NCBI GenBank assembly: GCA_951406725.2
Contig: OX597815.1
Span: 189,864,001-189,926,000 of the forward strand
Origin: Octopus vulgaris
Lineage: Eukaryota
Direction of reading: 5' to 3'
Length of the DNA stretch: 62,000 nucleotides
Shown here in pieces: positions 37,172 to 51,000 of the stretch; the stretch's first letter is position 1; the number at the start of each line of letters is the position of its first letter. The notes beneath the pieces were generated by a model. That model was not told where the DNA came from. It was given only the letters and a program-made list of their open reading frames with translations, and made no database searches. Both the position numbers and the translations under genes were made by a program.

Positions 37172-37840
37172 TTAGTATTCCTGGCCCAGGGTGTTTAAAC
37201 TTGGTCTAAATTTTTTTATGAAATATAGTTCTTTATTTTGGCGTTGTGTGAAGGTTGCGTTGTCACTGAATTTATAGAGCGGGTTAGTTGTAAATTTCGG
37301 ATTTACATTTCCAGCACATCTATCTATGTGTCCGCTGACCGGTATTTTGCGGTAATCAGGGTTTCTAATTTGTGATTTATGCACCGCCATCCTGTTACGT
37401 AAGCTATTTTTTGTATGGCCTATATACTGCCTATTGCAGCCTGCGCATGTTATGACGTAAATTAAGTTTTCTGATGCGCAGGTGAAGTTTGTTCTAATGG
37501 TGAACTGGTGGCCTTGTTCCAGTATAAATTCTGATCCTTCTTTCAAGATGACACAGATTCCGCAGTTGGGCCTTCCACATTTTCTAACTGCTGGTTTTGT
37601 GGTTGATGTTGAGTGCAGTGTAGCTTGGGTTAAAATCCTTTTCAAGGATTTTGGTTGCCGTTTACTTTTAATGATCGTGTGTGTTTCGAGGATCCGGTTC
37701 ATCTTTGGGTCTCCCTTTAGTAGGGCTGTGCTTTGTAGTATGGTGTTGAAGGCCTCATTGTTGAGTGGGTTGTGTGTAGAGATGTAGGGAAGGGTTTTTA
37801 ATTGTTCTTTCTTTTTTGGTTTTGTTTGTCTCAGGTCTTC
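37172..37840 (-). CDS. Penelope-like element C-terminal linker and GIY-YIG endonuclease (5'-truncated open frame)
   Basis: [64 protein letters not shown]; frame open upstream of the annotated Met to 37840, where (AT)n begins. Confidence 0.88.
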   Translation of the reverse strand, partial: EDLRQTKPKKKEQLKTLPYISTHNPLNNEAFNTILQSTALLKGDPKMNRILETHTIIKSKRQPKSLKRILTQATLHSTSTTKPAVRKCGRPNCGICVILKEGSEFILEQGHQFTIRTNFTCASENLIYVITCAGCNRQYIGHTKNSLRNRMAVHKSQIRNPDYRKIPVSGHIDRCAGNVNPKFTTNPLYKFSDNATFTQRQNKELYFIKKFRPSLNTLGQEY

Positions 37841-39040
<1,200 letters not shown>

Positions 39041-42000
39041 TCATCATCATCATCGTTTAGCGTCCGTTTTCCATGCTAGCATGGGTTGGACGGTTCTACT
39101 GGGGTCTGTGAAGCCAGAAGGCTTCATCAGGCCCAGTCAAATCTGGCAGTGTTTCTACGGCTGGATGCCCTTCCTAACGCCAACCACTCCGTGAGTGTAG
39201 TGGGTGCTGTTTACGTGCCACCCGCACTGGTGCCAGACAGAGCTGGCAAACGGCCACGAACGGATGGTGCTTTTTATGTGCCACCGGCACGAGGGCCAGG
39301 CAAGGCTGGCAACGGACACGAAACGGGGCGGTGCTGGCAACGGTCGCAAAACGGAAAGTTCTCTTACATGCCACCGGCACTGGTAACACATCTGCAATTT
39401 CCATTGATCGATTTCCATTGATCGATTTCGATTCTGATCCTCACTTGCCTCAACGGGTCTTCACAAGCAGAGTTTTGACATGCCACCGGCACTGGTAGCA
39501 CATCCGCAATTTCCATTGATCGATTTCGATTCTGATCCTCACTTGCCTCAACACGTCTTCACAAGTAGAGTTTTGTGTCCCAAGAAGGGAAGGTATGCAT
39601 ACGTAGGCCGGCTCCATCCCATGTAGAAGGCCACGGGTTATGGACTCACTTGTCCTGCCGGGTCTTCTCGCGCACAGCACACTTCCAGAGGTCTCGGTCT
39701 CTAGTCATTTCCTCAGTGAGACCTAAAGTTCGAAGGTCGTGCTTCACCACCTCGTCCCAGGTTTTCCTGGGTCTGCCTCTTCCACAGGTTCCCTCAACCG
39801 CTAGGGTGTGGCCCTTTTTCACACAACTATCTTCATCCATTCTCGCCACATGACCATACCAGTGCAAACGTCTCTCTTGCACACCACAACTGATGCTTCT
39901 TAGGTCCAGCTTTTCTCTCAAGGTACTTACACTCTGCCGAGTGTGAGTACCGGCATTACACATCCATCGGAGCATACTGGCTTCATTTCTAGCGAGCTTA
40001 CGCATATCCTCAGCAGTCACGGCCCATGTTTCACTGCCATGTAGCATGGCTGTTCGTACACACGCATCATACAGTCTGCCTTTCACTCTGTGCGAGAGGC
40101 CTTTTGTCACCAGCAGAGGTAAGAGCTCTCTGAACTTTGCCCAAGCTATTCTTACTCTAGCAGTTACACTTTCAGCACACCCGCCCCCGCTGCTGACTTG
40201 GTCACCTAGGTAACGGAAACTATCAACTATTTCTAGTTTTTCTCCCTGGAAAGTGACGGAAGTTGGTCTCAGAGCATTTTCAGTGTTTATTGTTCCTGAG
40301 CATCTGCCACATACAAAAACCATCTTCCTAGTTAGCCTTCCTTTGACATTGCTGCATCTCTTATGTGTCCATAGCTTACACTTGGTGCATCTTATAGAGT
40401 TTCTACCTACACCTTTTCTACAGATCGAGCAGGGCCATCTACCTGAAGGTGTTTGTGATTTGTCTACCTTCCTACTGATTACGACTTTGGTTTTAGCTAG
40501 ATTGACTCTGAGGCCCTTCGATTCTAATCCTTGTTTCCACACCTGAAACTTCTCCTCCAGTTCTGATAGCGACTCAGCAATTAGAGCAAGGTCATCAGCA
40601 TAGAGGAGCTCCCAAGGGCATCCTGTCTTGAATTCCTCCGTTATTGCCTGGAGGACTATGATAAATAGGAGGGGGCTGAGTACTGAGCCTTGGTGGACTC
40701 CTACCTCTACCCGGAATTCTTCACTGTACACATTTCCAACCCTCACCCTACTAGCGGCGTCCCTATACATGGCCCGCACAGCTCTCACTAACCATTCATC
40801 TATCCCTAGTTTCCTCATTGCCCACCAGATAAGGGATCGGGGGACCCTGTCGAAGGCTTTCTCCATGTCAACAAAAGCCAGGTACAGGGGCTTATCTTTG
40901 GCTAGGTATTTCTCCTGCAGCTGCCTTACCAGGAATATAGCATCAGTAGTACTTTTCCCTGGCACAAACCCAAACTGCATCTCATCTAAACTAACTCTCT
41001 CTCTAATTAGTTGGGCTATGACCCTCTCCGTAACCTTCATCACCTGGTCCAACAGCTTGATACCTCTGTAGTTATTTGTATCTAGGGCATCACCTTTACC
41101 TTTGTAGCAGTTGACTATTATACTGCTACACCAGTCATTGGGTATGACCCCTTTGTGTATCACCTGATTAACTATACGGGTGACTAGGCTATAGCCGACA
41201 CTACCAGACATTTTGAGCATCTCTGCAGTGATTCCTGATGGGCCTGGGGCTTTCCCTGTCTTCATGCTTCTAATTGCCTTAGCTACCACGGAACTATCAA
41301 CTCGGATAGCTGGTCCCTCTGTTGGGTCAACATTCGGCAGACTCTCTTTATCCCATTCATTTTCTTCATTCAGCAACCTTTCATAGTGGCATCTCCAAAC
41401 CTCTCTCTTTGCATCCTCATTTAGCGCAAGTGAACCATCTTCCATGCGAACACACTTCTCTCCTACCACATCACGATTCTCTCTCACACACTGTCTTGCA
41501 ACACGAAACACCTCCAGTCTTTGGTCCTCACGGCGCAGAACATTGGCAAATTTTTTCTTATCTGCTTCCCCTCTGGCTAAATAAACCTGTCTCCTAGCTT
41601 CTCTTTTGGCAGTCTGATACAATCCCCTGCTACCCCCATTTTTCCAGACCTTCCAAGCCTGTCTCTTTTCTCTAATAGCCCTGTCTACAATATTGTTCCA
41701 CCACCACGTTATTCTAGGTCGAGAGGGGACTTTGCACCAGCCACAGATCTGGTCAGTGGCTCTCAGCAGGTTGTCCCTTAGAAACGTCCAGCTGTCTTCT
41801 ACCCCCTGTGATGCTCTATCCCCTTCTACTTCGTCAGAGGCTTCAAGTAATATGTCCCTAAATCTCTGTCCATTTGCAGGATCTTTAAGCTTCCAGATCC
41901 TTCTTCTCCATATTTGTCATCTTCTGGTTGTCCTCCTAGTCCTGATCCTAAAGTCACTAACTACCAGTCTATGTTGTGGGGTACATTCTTCACCTGGGAA

Positions 42001-42446
42001 GGTTTTGGCATTTATAAGCAGCCATCTCTCCCTTTGCCTTGTAAGGATGTAGTCAATTTGGCTGGTATGTTGGCCCGATTGGTAAGTGACTAGGTGGCTG
42101 GTAGGTTTCCTGAAGTTAGTGTTGCAAATCATAAGATTATTTGCATCGCAGAACTCCAGCAGCCTGGTTCCCTCCTCGTTGCGGGAGCCATAGCCATAGC
42201 CTCCATGTATGCCATGGAAGCCCCCAGCATGTCGTCCAACGTGACCATTGAAGTCACCAGCCACAAAGATAAGGTCTCTGTCGTTCGTCAACGAGGTAGT
42301 CTGCAGTAGAGTGTCATAGAATCGGTCTTTCTGTCCATCGGGTAGCCCCGACTGAGGAGCATAGGCTGATATAATGGTTGCTAAACTATGATGAAGCACT
42401 AATCTAATCTTAAGTATTCTGTCACATACTCTGATTACCTCAATTA
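39041..42446 (-). mobile_element. RTE-clade non-LTR retrotransposon, 5'-truncated, young
   Basis: APE fragment, RT, structured 3' UTR and (GAT)n tail; candidate 21-bp TSD ATATATATATATCTACATATA at 39020-39040 and 42447-42467. Confidence 0.93.
39646..42441 (-). pseudogene. RTE ORF2 (endonuclease-reverse transcriptase) with one in-frame TGA at 41917-41919
   Basis: APE motifs [27 protein letters not shown]; RT motifs NYRGIKL, FVDMEKAFD, GVHQGSVLSPLLF, LLYADDL; 41916-41623 is exactly 98 in-frame codons joining the two annotated ORFs. Confidence 0.92.
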
Positions 42447-42459
42447 ATATATATATATC

Positions 42460-42523
<64 letters not shown>

Positions 42524-42880
42524 GATAGATATATATATATATATATGTAGATATATATATATATATATGTAGATATATATATATATATGTAGATAGATAT
42601 ATATATATATGTAGATAGATATATATATATATATGTAGATAGATATATATATATATAGATAGATATATATATATATATGTAGATAGATATATATATATGT
42701 AGATAGATATATATATATGTAGATAGATATATATATATGTAGATAGATATATATATATGTAGATAGATATATATATATATGTAGATAGATATATATATAT
42801 ATAGATATATATATGTAGATATATATATATATATAGATATATATATGTAGATATATATATATATATAGATATATATATGT

Positions 42881-42915
<35 letters not shown>

Positions 42916-43030
42916 GATAGATATATATATATATATATATGTAGATAGATAGATACATATATATGTAGAGATATATATATATATAGATAGATAGATACTC
43001 ACATACATACATACATACGTACATATTATA
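42447..43030. repeat. Compound (AT)n/GTAGATAG microsatellite
   Basis: Directly visible. Confidence 0.97.
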
Positions 43031-43691
43031 TATCCATATATAAACTCAATTAATTTGAGCAAATGCTTTGCGACAAATATTTTTGCCCAGAAATAAACAG
43101 AAATAATGCAGACAACATCCAAATAAGAATACAAACAAGCGAGCAAAATATATAATGAGACTATACAGTGGAACGGCAATCCTGCACATATAAATGTAGA
43201 CAATGTAAGACATAGCTGAATTCAAAAATATACAATATCTCGTCTCAGTTATTAACAGAGTTCAGAAAAGACAAAAATAATCAAAGAAACAAAACCAAGA
43301 TTAACTATCTTAGAAGTAATCACCGACTCGATGTTCAGCCAAAGTAAAAGAAACTATGCTTCTGATATGCTATAAATATAGCAGACATTTCCTAGACTAT
43401 GTCAATTTTGGTTCATGCCCACATTACAAACTGTGGCTTATAAATCAAAACAAACTACAAATATTTCAAAATCACACTATGAATTATGATAAGCTGTGTG
43501 TTGTACTACAGCAGACACTGACCACCAAATGCATATTATTGCAGTGTAGGAGAAAGCCTTGTCAATATATTTATTTAACCAGTCACACTTTGGGATTATT
43601 TGCTGTCAATGCAGGCCTTCCAAGTTCCCTATATTTCTGGATTATATCTTATTAAAGTTCACCTCTCTCTCTCTCTCCCTCTCCATTTCCT

Positions 43692-43722
<31 letters not shown>

Positions 43723-43728
43723 CCTGAA

Positions 43729-43983
43729 TGACACAACAATGGACTATAATAACTGCTATAATTTAATCATCCATAGTCTGATATAATAATAATATTTCAG
43801 AATATAAAAATTCCTTCTTCAGATAAACAATGTTTCAAGTGAACTATATCTCTACGCCTGGGCTGGGCCAAGTTCGCAACTGCTTGGGAGTTTATCTGAA
43901 GAAGGAATTTTTATATTCCGAAATATCATATCAGATTATGGATGATTAAATTATAACAGCTATTATAGTCCATTGTTGTGCCA
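43729..43983. mobile_element. Inverted repeat carrying two divergent hammerhead-like motifs
   Basis: Arms 43729-43828 and 43890-43983; CUGAAGA-A GGAAU UUUUAU AUUCC-GAAAU..AUC on + (43896-43932) and mirror on -; stem I poorly paired. Confidence 0.65.
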
Positions 43984-44064
43984 TTTAAGACACATTATAT
44001 TTTTTACAAACAATACACCATGCTTCAATCAAACTACAATACTCTCCTATATATATATATATAT

Positions 44065-44398
44065 CATCATCATCATCATCATCATTAACATCATTTAGCA
44101 TCCGCTTTCCATGCTAGCATGGGTTGGACAGTTCAACTGGGGTCTGTGCAGCCAGAAGGCTGCATCAAGCCCAGTCTGATCTGGCAGTGATGCCCTTCCT
44201 AATGCCAACCACTCCGTGAGTGTAGTGGGTGCTTTTTACGTGCCACCCGCACAGGTGCCAGACGGAGCTGGCAAACGGCCACGGACAGATGGTGCTTTTT
44301 ACGTGCCACCGGCACGGGGGCCAGGCGAGGCTGGCAACAGCCACGAACGGATGGTGCTTTTTACGTGTCACGGGCACGGAGGCCGGGTAGCACTGGCA

Positions 44399-44400
<2 letters not shown>
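44065..44400 (-). mobile_element. RTE 3' end fragment
   Basis: (CAT)n, family 3' UTR with about three repeat units. Confidence 0.88.
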
Positions 44401-44431
<31 letters not shown>

Positions 44432-44482
44432 CATATATATATATACACATGTAGAAGGTTGAAAGGAACACACAAGTTGGAT

Positions 44483-44628
44483 ATATATGGGAAAACAAGT
44501 CAAGACAGAAAATGGTAAAATAATTTTATAAAAACATTTCAGTACCAGTTTTAGTCATTGAGACTTTTTCAACTGTAAATATGGAAAACAATTGAATATT
44601 TTAGCATTTTCTACCTTGACTTGTTTTT

Positions 44629-44664
<36 letters not shown>

Positions 44665-44825
44665 AAATACAAAATGGGACAAGAACGCAAAACATCCAGA
44701 CAACTAGGTGATAAAAAAAGGGACAACAAAACATCCAGATAGACGATACAAAAAAACAAGGACAGGTCATTCGAAGCCTTTTATCCTCAGTCAAGAACCG
44801 GATCATCCTCGCAATTTCGGCTGTA
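44483..44825 (-). mobile_element. PLE-type non-coding element with decayed HHR (44540-44575) between 40-bp inverted repeats
   Basis: CAG-UUGAAAA-AGUC UCAAU GACU-AAAAC-UG-GUA-CUG; 44483-44522 inverted at 44598-44636; 44680-44825 resembles the 10250-10420 family. Confidence 0.55.
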
Positions 44826-45455
44826 TTAGTAAGTCTTAGTGAGTAGGAAGACTGTCAAATCACAAACCCTTTCAGGTAGATGGTCCTGCTCAATCTGTAG
44901 AAAAGGCATGGGTAGAAACTCCATACGATGTACCTGGTGTAAGCTATGGACACATAAAAGGTGCAGCAATATCAAAGGAAGGTTAACCAGGAAAATAGTT
45001 TTTGTGTGTGGCAGATGCACAAGGGCAATAAGCACTGAAGATGTACAGAAAACAGATTCCATTACATGCCAGGGGTGAAACTAGAAGTAGTTAATAGCTT
45101 CCATTACTTAGGCAACCAAGTCTGTAATGGGGGTGGTTGCTCTGAGAGTGTAGTAGCTTGGGCAAATTTCAGGAAGCTCCTATCTCTGCTGGCAATTAAG
45201 GGCCTCTCGCTCAGGATGAAAGGTAGACTGTATGATACATGTGTGTGAACTGCCATACTACATGGAAGTGAAACAGGGGCCATGACTACTGAGGTCATGC
45301 GTAGGCTTGAAAGAAACAAAACTAGTATGATCAGCTGGATGTGTAATGTCAGTGTGCAGACATGATAGAGTGTAAGCACCCTCAGAGAAAAGTTGGACCT
45401 AAGAAGCATCAGATGTAGTATGCAAGGAGGATGGCTGCACTGGTGTGGTCATGTG
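44826..45455 (+). pseudogene. Older RTE RT/PHD-region fragment
   Basis: WSCSICRKGMGRNSIRCTWCKLWTHKRCS..CGRC, KGRLYDTCV; frameshifts and stops. Confidence 0.88.
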
Positions 45456-45564
45456 TTATGTATCAATTGTTGATAATAAAGTAATATGTAGTCAGACACA
45501 GTACACTGCCAAAAACAGGTTACGGAATTGTGTTGTGAATTTTCTTCTGATGGTCCATGTGACT

Positions 45565-45795
45565 TTGCAGCGAGCTGGCAGAAATGTTAGCACGCCGGGC
45601 AAAATGCTTAGTGGTATTTTGTCTGCCATTACGTTCTGAGTTCAAATTCTGCCGAGGTTGACTTTGCCTTTCATCCTTTCAGGGTCGATAAACTAAGTAC
45701 CAATTATGCACTGGGGCCGATGTAATCGACTTAATCCGTTTGTCTGTCCTTGTTAGTCCCCTCTGTGTTTAGCCCCTTGTGGGTAGTAAAGAAAT
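45565..45795 (+). mobile_element. SINE family B
   Basis: Family sequence. Confidence 0.9.
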
Positions 45796-46129
45796 ATATA
45801 TTTTCATTGGAGGCTAACACACATCCATTTGCAATAAAGGTGAATGTTTATATTTGTGTTTCTCATACTTAAGTCAAACATTTCGGCTGAATAAAATGAT
45901 TGATTCTCAGCAACTATTTTTCATCACCGCATTCAGCTAACTGTCCCCACCCTCATCTTGTTGCCCAATGCACTTTTAACACAGCCATTCCTGCTCTCCA
46001 AAAAACATATAATCTGGATTCTCCATAAGCAAATATCTATTATTGGTTAAACATAAGGATACTGTAATAACCATGTATTGATCTCCTATTTCCAATACAA
46101 AAATATACAATATTGCAAAAACTAATAAG

Positions 46130-46496
46130 AACAAGAGGACTCAGAGAGTGCAAACCTCCACCAAGGCAACACCAACGTCCTTTCAACGATTAGCTAGAGA
46201 TGATTTTTAAAATGAGAATATCTGAAATAAACTCGACTGCTCTCATGAATGAGAATACTAAAAATTAATCCAACTGCTCTCAAAAATTAAGGAGAAAAAA
46301 ACAGAAAAATGATCCAGAATCCTTGTCTGGTGCTGGATCGATCCCAAAATCTAATCAGCTCGTGCCAGTCACGAGGCTAAACATCCCTGAAAGTTTCATC
46401 CAAATCCATCCAGCGGTTCTTGAGATATCTCGTCCACTGTCAAACAAACAAACATGACTGAAACAATACCTCCACCTTCGATAAGGTGGAAGTAAT
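46130..46496 (-). mobile_element. HINE-like element, same family as 20190-20558
   Basis: Reverse-complement match at both termini. Confidence 0.75.
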
Positions 46497-46509
46497 AATT
46501 ATTTCAAAC

Positions 46510-46700
46510 TTTGCCTCAAGGTTAGCAAGTCTGGGGGAAAGGGGACAGTTGATTACATCGATTCTTGTACTCAGCTGATAGTTCTATCGACCTCTAAAAT
46601 TATGAAATACCCAATGGAAACTGAATTCATAATTTAAAGCCAGAAGTGCAGGTAAGCATTTTGGCAAGCATATTAACGACTGCCAGTTCACTGTCTTAAT
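46510..46700 (-). mobile_element. SINE family B, very old copy
   Basis: TTGATTACATCGA..AAGCATTTTGGCAAGCATATTAACGACTGCCAGTTCAC. Confidence 0.5.
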
Positions 46701-47099
46701 TAAAATAAAACTATTTAATTTGAAATACTTTTCGCTTTCCTAAGTCTTCAATCTCCCATTAAGTTATTAACATTCTATTATAAACAGTGATGATTCTCAG
46801 TAATCCAACACAAGACTAAATCAACTGTTACAATCTTGTCTCTCACTTTGCTTAAATACTAAGAAAATACACTACATTTTCAGTCAAACTATACCACTAG
46901 GTATGTACAATGGAATCCAAGACTGAAATATGGTATGTCAGGTGGATATACCATATTTTGAAGCATTCATTAGTCCTCTCCTTCAATTATTCTGAATTCT
47001 TCATTTTGCGGTCATTTTGCCATGTCTCTCTCTCTCTTTGAGTTAAACTGATGCTGTTGGAATACCAAAAAATATAAAAACCAAGTTGGTGTTAATATT

Positions 47100-47865
47100 G
47101 CTCTCTTTACTCTTTTACTTGTTTCAGTCATTTGACTGTGGCCATGCTGGAGCAGTGCCTTTAGTCAAGCAAATAGCCCCTCAGGACTTATTCTATTGGT
47201 CTCTTTTGCCAAACCGCTAAGTTACGGGGACGTAAACACACCAGCATCAGTTGACAAGCGATGTTGGGGGGAGGGAACACAGACACACAAACACATACAT
47301 ACATACACACATACATACATACACACATACATACATACACACACTCATACATATATATATATATATGTGACCGCGTGTGTACCGTTGGCGATTTTTTTTC
47401 CTCTGTCTTCCCTTCTCTGGATCATTCCTTTTCCTATGTTTCCGAGGAAGAGCTCCGCTTGAAACGTTAAACTCTCCTTCTTGCTTTCTTTCCTGAGCGT
47501 CCAATAATACTATTTGTTCCACGTCCTTGCGTTGTTGTGTTTTTTGTGCTTTCTTGTTTGGATTAACTTTATATATATATATATATATATTGTTTTGGGA
47601 TTTGGTTTGCAAGATTCTTTATATGTTAAATAATAAGGCACTAAAAGAGAATGACTCTCCCCAGACACAACAGAATATATATATATATATATGACGGGCT
47701 TCTTTCAGTTTCTGTCTACCAAATCCACTCACAAGGCTTTGGTCGGTCTGAGGCTATAGCAGAAGACACTTGCCCAAGGTGCCATGCAGTGGAACTGAAC
47801 CCGGAACCATGTGGTTCATAAGCAAGCTACTTCCTACACAGCCACTCCTACGCCTATATTTGTTA
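47100..47865 (-). mobile_element. SINE family A with insertions in its central microsatellite
   Basis: Tail 47100-47365 and head 47690-47865, split by an HHR element and an inverted fragment. Confidence 0.85.
47365..47575 (+). mobile_element. Short HHR element (motif 47438-47472, core CCGAGGA)
   Basis: GUUU-CCGAGGA-A GAGC UCC GCUU-GAAAC-GUU-AAAC; homologous to 24020-24230. Confidence 0.75.
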
Positions 47866-48094
47866 TATTTACTTTACAATGTTACGTTCTTTGATTATCT
47901 CCCTTGAAAACACGTTCATGGTTTTCACATAACCTATGGTGGCGTTGCTGTTTCCAAAGTTTTATTTCCGTTTCTCTATTAGTAATTTTACTTGCATATC
48001 TATCTTCCTAGAAACTGATGGATAAAGAGATCAAACTCCATAAATAAACAGCAGCGAAACAGTTCAGAAATTAAATGACACTAACAGCACCATC

Positions 48095-48457
48095 CGAACG
48101 TGGCCGATGCCAGCGCCGCCCCGACTGGCTCCTGTGCCGGTGGCACATAAAAAGACCATCCGAACGTTGCCAGCACCGCCTTGGCTGGCTTCCGTGCCGC
48201 TGGCACGTTAAAAGCTCCAACCGATCGTGACCGATGCCGGACCCCACCCTGGTACCTGTGCAGGTAGCACGTAAAAAGCACCCACTACACTCGCGGAGTG
48301 GTTGGTGTTAGGAAGGGCATCCAGCCGTAGAAACTCTGCCAGATCAGACTGGAGCCTGGAGCAGCCCCTGGCTTCCCAGACCCCGGTCGAACCGTCCAAC
48401 CCGTGCTAGCGCGGAAAACGGACATTAAACGATGATGATGATGATGATGATGATGAT
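48095..48457 (+). mobile_element. RTE 3' end fragment
   Basis: Family 3' UTR ending GGACATTAAAC(GAT)n. Confidence 0.88.
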
Positions 48458-48639
48458 ATTCAAGGGTTGCTAAAAGCAGCAGCAGAAGAGGAGGCAGTGG
48501 TAGCAACAACTGATGTTGGACACTTGAGGGATGATTGCTACTATACTGACCACAGAGGGATGTAAAGTAGGTAGGTAGGTTTAGTTTGGTACGGTTAGGG
48601 TTAGGGCTTTTTTTTTTTTAAATCATATGGCTGTGTTAT

Positions 48640-48778
48640 TTTTTTTAACCATTCCAAGGAGATTATGTTTTTGTCGGGCTTTGGTTTGGGAAATTGGGCG
48701 ATTTTCAGCATGCATGTTTATGGGTGGAAATGAGCGGCTTGGCAGAGGTCTGCGCCCTCCAAGTGCTTTTCCAGTTTT
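48640..48778 (+). mobile_element. Short HINE-like element
   Basis: TTAACCATTCCAAGGAGATTATGTTTT start; GGCAGAGGTCTGCGCCCTCCAAGTGCTTTTCCAGTT end. Confidence 0.55.
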
Positions 48779-48884
48779 AAATGGAAACATGTCAGATACT
48801 GTTAACATAATGACAAGATTGCAGGAGAAGCAAACATGTGCGCACTTGCAGATTTGTACACTTTATACACACATCCATCCCTCT

Positions 48885-49260
48885 CCTTTTATCTCTCTCT
48901 CTCTCTCTCTCTCTCCACACATACCTGTGTGCATGTGCATGCACATGTGCGTATGCATGTATGTGTATGTGTGTGTGTGTATGTGTAAGTTTGTGCATGT
49001 ATGTGTGTTTGTACGTGCATGCGTCTGTGTGGATGTGTGTGCATGCATGTGTGTGTGTGCATGCATGTGTGTGTGTGTGCATGCATGCGTGTGTGTTTGC
49101 ATGCATGCATGTGTATGTGTTTGTGCATGTGTGTGTGCATGCATGCGCGTGTGTGTGCATGCACGTGTGTCTGGGCATGCATGTGCGCGCATGTGTTTGT
49201 GCATGCACGTGTGTGTGTGTGTGTGTGTGTGTAATAGAGAGAGAGAGAGAGATGCACAGA
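48885..49260. repeat. Compound (CT)n/(GT,GCAT)n/(GA)n microsatellite
   Basis: Directly visible. Confidence 0.95.
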
Positions 49261-49589
49261 CGAAAAGGCAAGACAGGCATCGTCGGAACGGCTTTGATCA
49301 AAGGTCTGCCGAATCAGAGCTCAACCAGGTCTGAACAATAACAACAACAACAAAAACCGCTTGCAAATAAGTCTACATGTTAACATGTAAAGGAGAATGT
49401 CAACATCAAAAATATAGATCAAACCCAATTTATTCAATATGTCAACCAATTTGTCTGAAGTTAAATGAGATATGTAAAATAACACGACAAATAAATCATT
49501 AAAATGTCTTCCAAACGTGAACAACTTAAACAATTAAATGATTCGCTTTCACATCCAGAACATTACTCAGCTGCCGTCAAGTTTATAGA

Positions 49590-49910
49590 TGTAATGCATT
49601 AACTATGGAATGAAATCGAAGACATAATTTATTATACATACAACATTTATGCTATTTGTAAGACAATTTACTCGTAAACTATGGAATGACATTAGAGACA
49701 TAATCTGTTTCGAGACAAAACGTTGATGCTGTTCATAAGAGAACTGACAAATAAATTATTGAATGAAATTGAAGATGCTATCTATTATAGACACAGTATT
49801 TATACTTATACGTAGGACAATTGACTAATAAACTATGGAATGAAATTAGAGACATAATCTACAATACATACAACATTTATTCATCAGTCTATTGACTGAT
49901 AAAATGAAAT
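49590..49910. repeat. Degenerate about 77-bp minisatellite
   Basis: (C/T)TAT(G/T)GAATGA at 49603, 49679, 49756 and 49833. Confidence 0.75.
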
Positions 49911-50119
49911 CAAGAATATTGAAGATAGAAAGCCCTATAGCTATGATATATTCAGTGATAGGCAGGAAGTCAAATTGATGTATAAGATATATTCAAAATA
50001 CTTCTTTGATTTGTTTATTTATGTTGCTAATTCAAAGTTTTACTGTTAAGTGTAGTTGCTAGGAATACTCTAGGCTGTGCTGTGCTGTGTCTATACATAC
50101 ATGATAAACACAGAGATAA

Positions 50120-50370
50120 TATTCTTTTATTCTTTTACTTGCTTCAGTCATTTGACTCTGGCCATGCTGGAGCACCACCTTTAGTCAAACAAAGTGACCC
50201 CAGGACTTGTTCTTTCTAAGCCTAGTACTTATTCTATCGGTCTCTTTTGCTGAACCGCTAAGTTACAGGTACGTAAACACACCAACATCGGTTGTCAAGT
50301 GATGGTGGGATAACAAACACAAATACATAAATACATGCATACATACATGCATACATACATGCATACATAC

Positions 50371-50414
<44 letters not shown>

Positions 50415-50592
50415 ATGTATGTATGTATATGACAGGCTACTTTCAGTTTCTGTCTACCAAGTTCACTCACAAGGCTTTGGTCAGCCTGAGGCTATAGCAG
50501 AAGACACATGCCCAAGGTGCCACGCAGTGGGATTGAACCCGGAACCATGTGGTTGGGAAGCTAGCTTCTTACCACACAGCCACTCTTGCACC
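50120..50592 (-). mobile_element. SINE family A, full length
   Basis: Family sequence. Confidence 0.9.
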
Positions 50593-50744
50593 TATATTAT
50601 TATAACATTTATTGTACATATTTATATAAATTTCTGATGACTGCTGGTAGAGATGTAGGAGATCAGAATAGGGTGTATGCATAACAACTGTACATAGCAA
50701 TAATTAGTAAGGTGCAAGATGCCAGAAAGAGGAAGAGTTGGTCC

Positions 50745-51000
50745 ATGTAGAAAGCACCCATGCTGGTACCATAAGAAAATCGCTCATGCTGGGTACCTCA
50801 TGAAAAGCACTTGTGCTGGTGCAACATAAAAAGTACCCAGTCCACTCTGTAAAATGGTTGGCATTAGGAAGGGCATCCAACCATAAAAAAACCATGCCAA
50901 AACAAACAAGTAAAGCTTGGTGCTGCCCTTCGACATGCTGGCTCTTGTCAACCCATACCAGCATGAAAAATGAATGTTAAATGATAATGATGATGATATG
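50745..51000 (+). mobile_element. Old RTE 3' end fragment
   Basis: GGTTGGCATTAGGAAGGGCATCCAACCATAAAAA..(GAT)n. Confidence 0.7.

Larger units (their letters stand above)
35830..37840 (-). mobile_element. 5'-truncated Penelope-like element: GIY-YIG end of the ORF plus long 3' UTR/pseudo-LTR
   Basis: ORF below, then a UTR with CRE/CCAAT repeats and an HHR-like motif at 36253-36294; UTR interrupted by (AT)n at 35947-36190. Confidence 0.8.

Noticed and set aside
40628-41597. + strand ORFs overlapping the RT
   Set aside because: Antisense shadows of the RTE ORF2
41917-43203. 428-aa ORF as a separate gene
   Set aside because: The N-terminal part is flank plus microsatellite; the C-terminal part is the APE region of the RTE ORF2
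43440-43570. Decayed C2H2 zinc finger (LTT.KCI..GEKP-like)
   Set aside because: Needs several frameshifts and ligands are missing; not supportable
48565-48610. TTAGGG telomere-like repeats (also near 645 and 28185)
   Set aside because: Only two units each; expected by chance or as parts of repeats
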